Source of the DNA: Candidatus Woesearchaeota archaeon | GTDB taxonomy: Archaea; Nanobdellota; Nanobdellia; Woesearchaeales; CAIVOO01 | Length of the DNA stretch: 24,000 nt | Direction of reading: 5' to 3' | Assembly (NCBI GenBank): GCA_038890975.1 | Contig: JAWAEZ010000002.1 | Coordinates: 12,291 to 36,290 of the forward strand | Shown here: piece after piece, positions 23,636 through 24,000 of the stretch | Numbering within the stretch: the first letter of the stretch is position 1 | How the letters are laid out: every line of letters begins with the position of its first letter | Notes under the pieces: generated by a model | Database searches by the model: none | What the model was told of the DNA's origin: nothing | What the model saw: only the letters and a program-made list of their open reading frames with translations | Program-made: the position numbers and the translations under genes

Positions 23636-24000
23636 TTAAATTTCTAACCTTCTAAAATACTTAGGAAGTTTTTTAAGAGGGTTAGTGTTTAGTATATCTT
23701 CTTTTTTAGCCCACCCTCTTCTTGCCTGAGCAACTCCAAAATTTATAAATCTTAAATGTTCTTTGCTGTGGCTGTCTGTTCCTATAGTTAATTTTATTCC
23801 TTTTTCAATTGCAGTTTTTATATAGATATCTTTTATATCCAACCTTTCAGGAAAAGCATTTACTTCAATATATTTATTATTTGATTTTGCAGCTTCAAAT
23901 ATTTTTTCGATATCCACATCGTAAGGTTCTCTTTTATTTATCAATCTGCCTGTTGGGTGCGCAAGGATGTCAAGATACTCATTTTCAAGAGCTTTTATTA
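23636..24000 (-). CDS. C-terminal PHP domain of a PolX-type DNA polymerase / PHP phosphoesterase; the 5' part lies beyond the right edge
   Basis: The frame stays open upstream of the track's TTG start: ...IKALENEYLDILAHPTGRLINKREPYDVD...KLTIGTDSHSKEHLRFINFGVAQARRGWAKKEDILN. ILAHPTGRL, GTDSH and GV..ARRGW are typical of PolX C-terminal PHP domains. I cannot tell from the window whether a pol-beta domain precedes it. Confidence 0.6.
   Translation of the reverse strand, partial: IKALENEYLDILAHPTGRLINKREPYDVDIEKIFEAAKSNNKYIEVNAFPERLDIKDIYIKTAIEKGIKLTIGTDSHSKEHLRFINFGVAQARRGWAKKEDILNTNPLKKLPKYFRRLEI

Overview
This is an AT-rich, densely coding window with a clear archaeal signature. It carries aIF2-gamma, ribosomal proteins L35Ae, L21e and L15e, the L21e-RpoF-DUF655 cluster, archaeal-type SepF, cupin-type PGI and endonuclease Q. 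TTTAAATA/TTTATAAA boxes sit about 26 nt upstream of many start codons. The low G+C, small proteins and many ORFan membrane proteins suggest a reduced-genome archaeon such as a DPANN lineage, but that is inference only. I found no rRNA, tRNA, CRISPR array or mobile element. The content falls into four groups. (1) Information processing: L35Ae, aIF2-gamma, L21e-rpoF-DUF655, L15e, a TrmB regulator and SepF. (2) Upper glycolysis: a cupin PGI followed by a ROK glucokinase in one operon. (3) An unusual concentration of DNA-repair genes: an orphan Rad50, overlapping OGG and Nth, then EndoQ next to a PolX-type PHP domain that runs off the right edge. (4) Uncharacterised genes. The best candidate for an undescribed system is the tight minus-strand operon at 1..3170. 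It encodes two paralogous signal-peptide/5-TM proteins with long coiled-coil tails and a third coiled-coil protein that runs off the left edge and is absent from the supplied ORF track. It is transcribed divergently from a His-rich membrane protein. Other items worth a look are a small-protein island at 16.0-17.8 kb (with two small ORFs missing from the track, one a Zn-ribbon), a six-repeat 29-aa solenoid protein with a conserved Cys, a complete-looking mini transcription unit for a 16-codon Lys-rich ORF, and a TrxR with degenerate NADPH motifs. All family assignments rest on motif recognition by eye; no searches were run.
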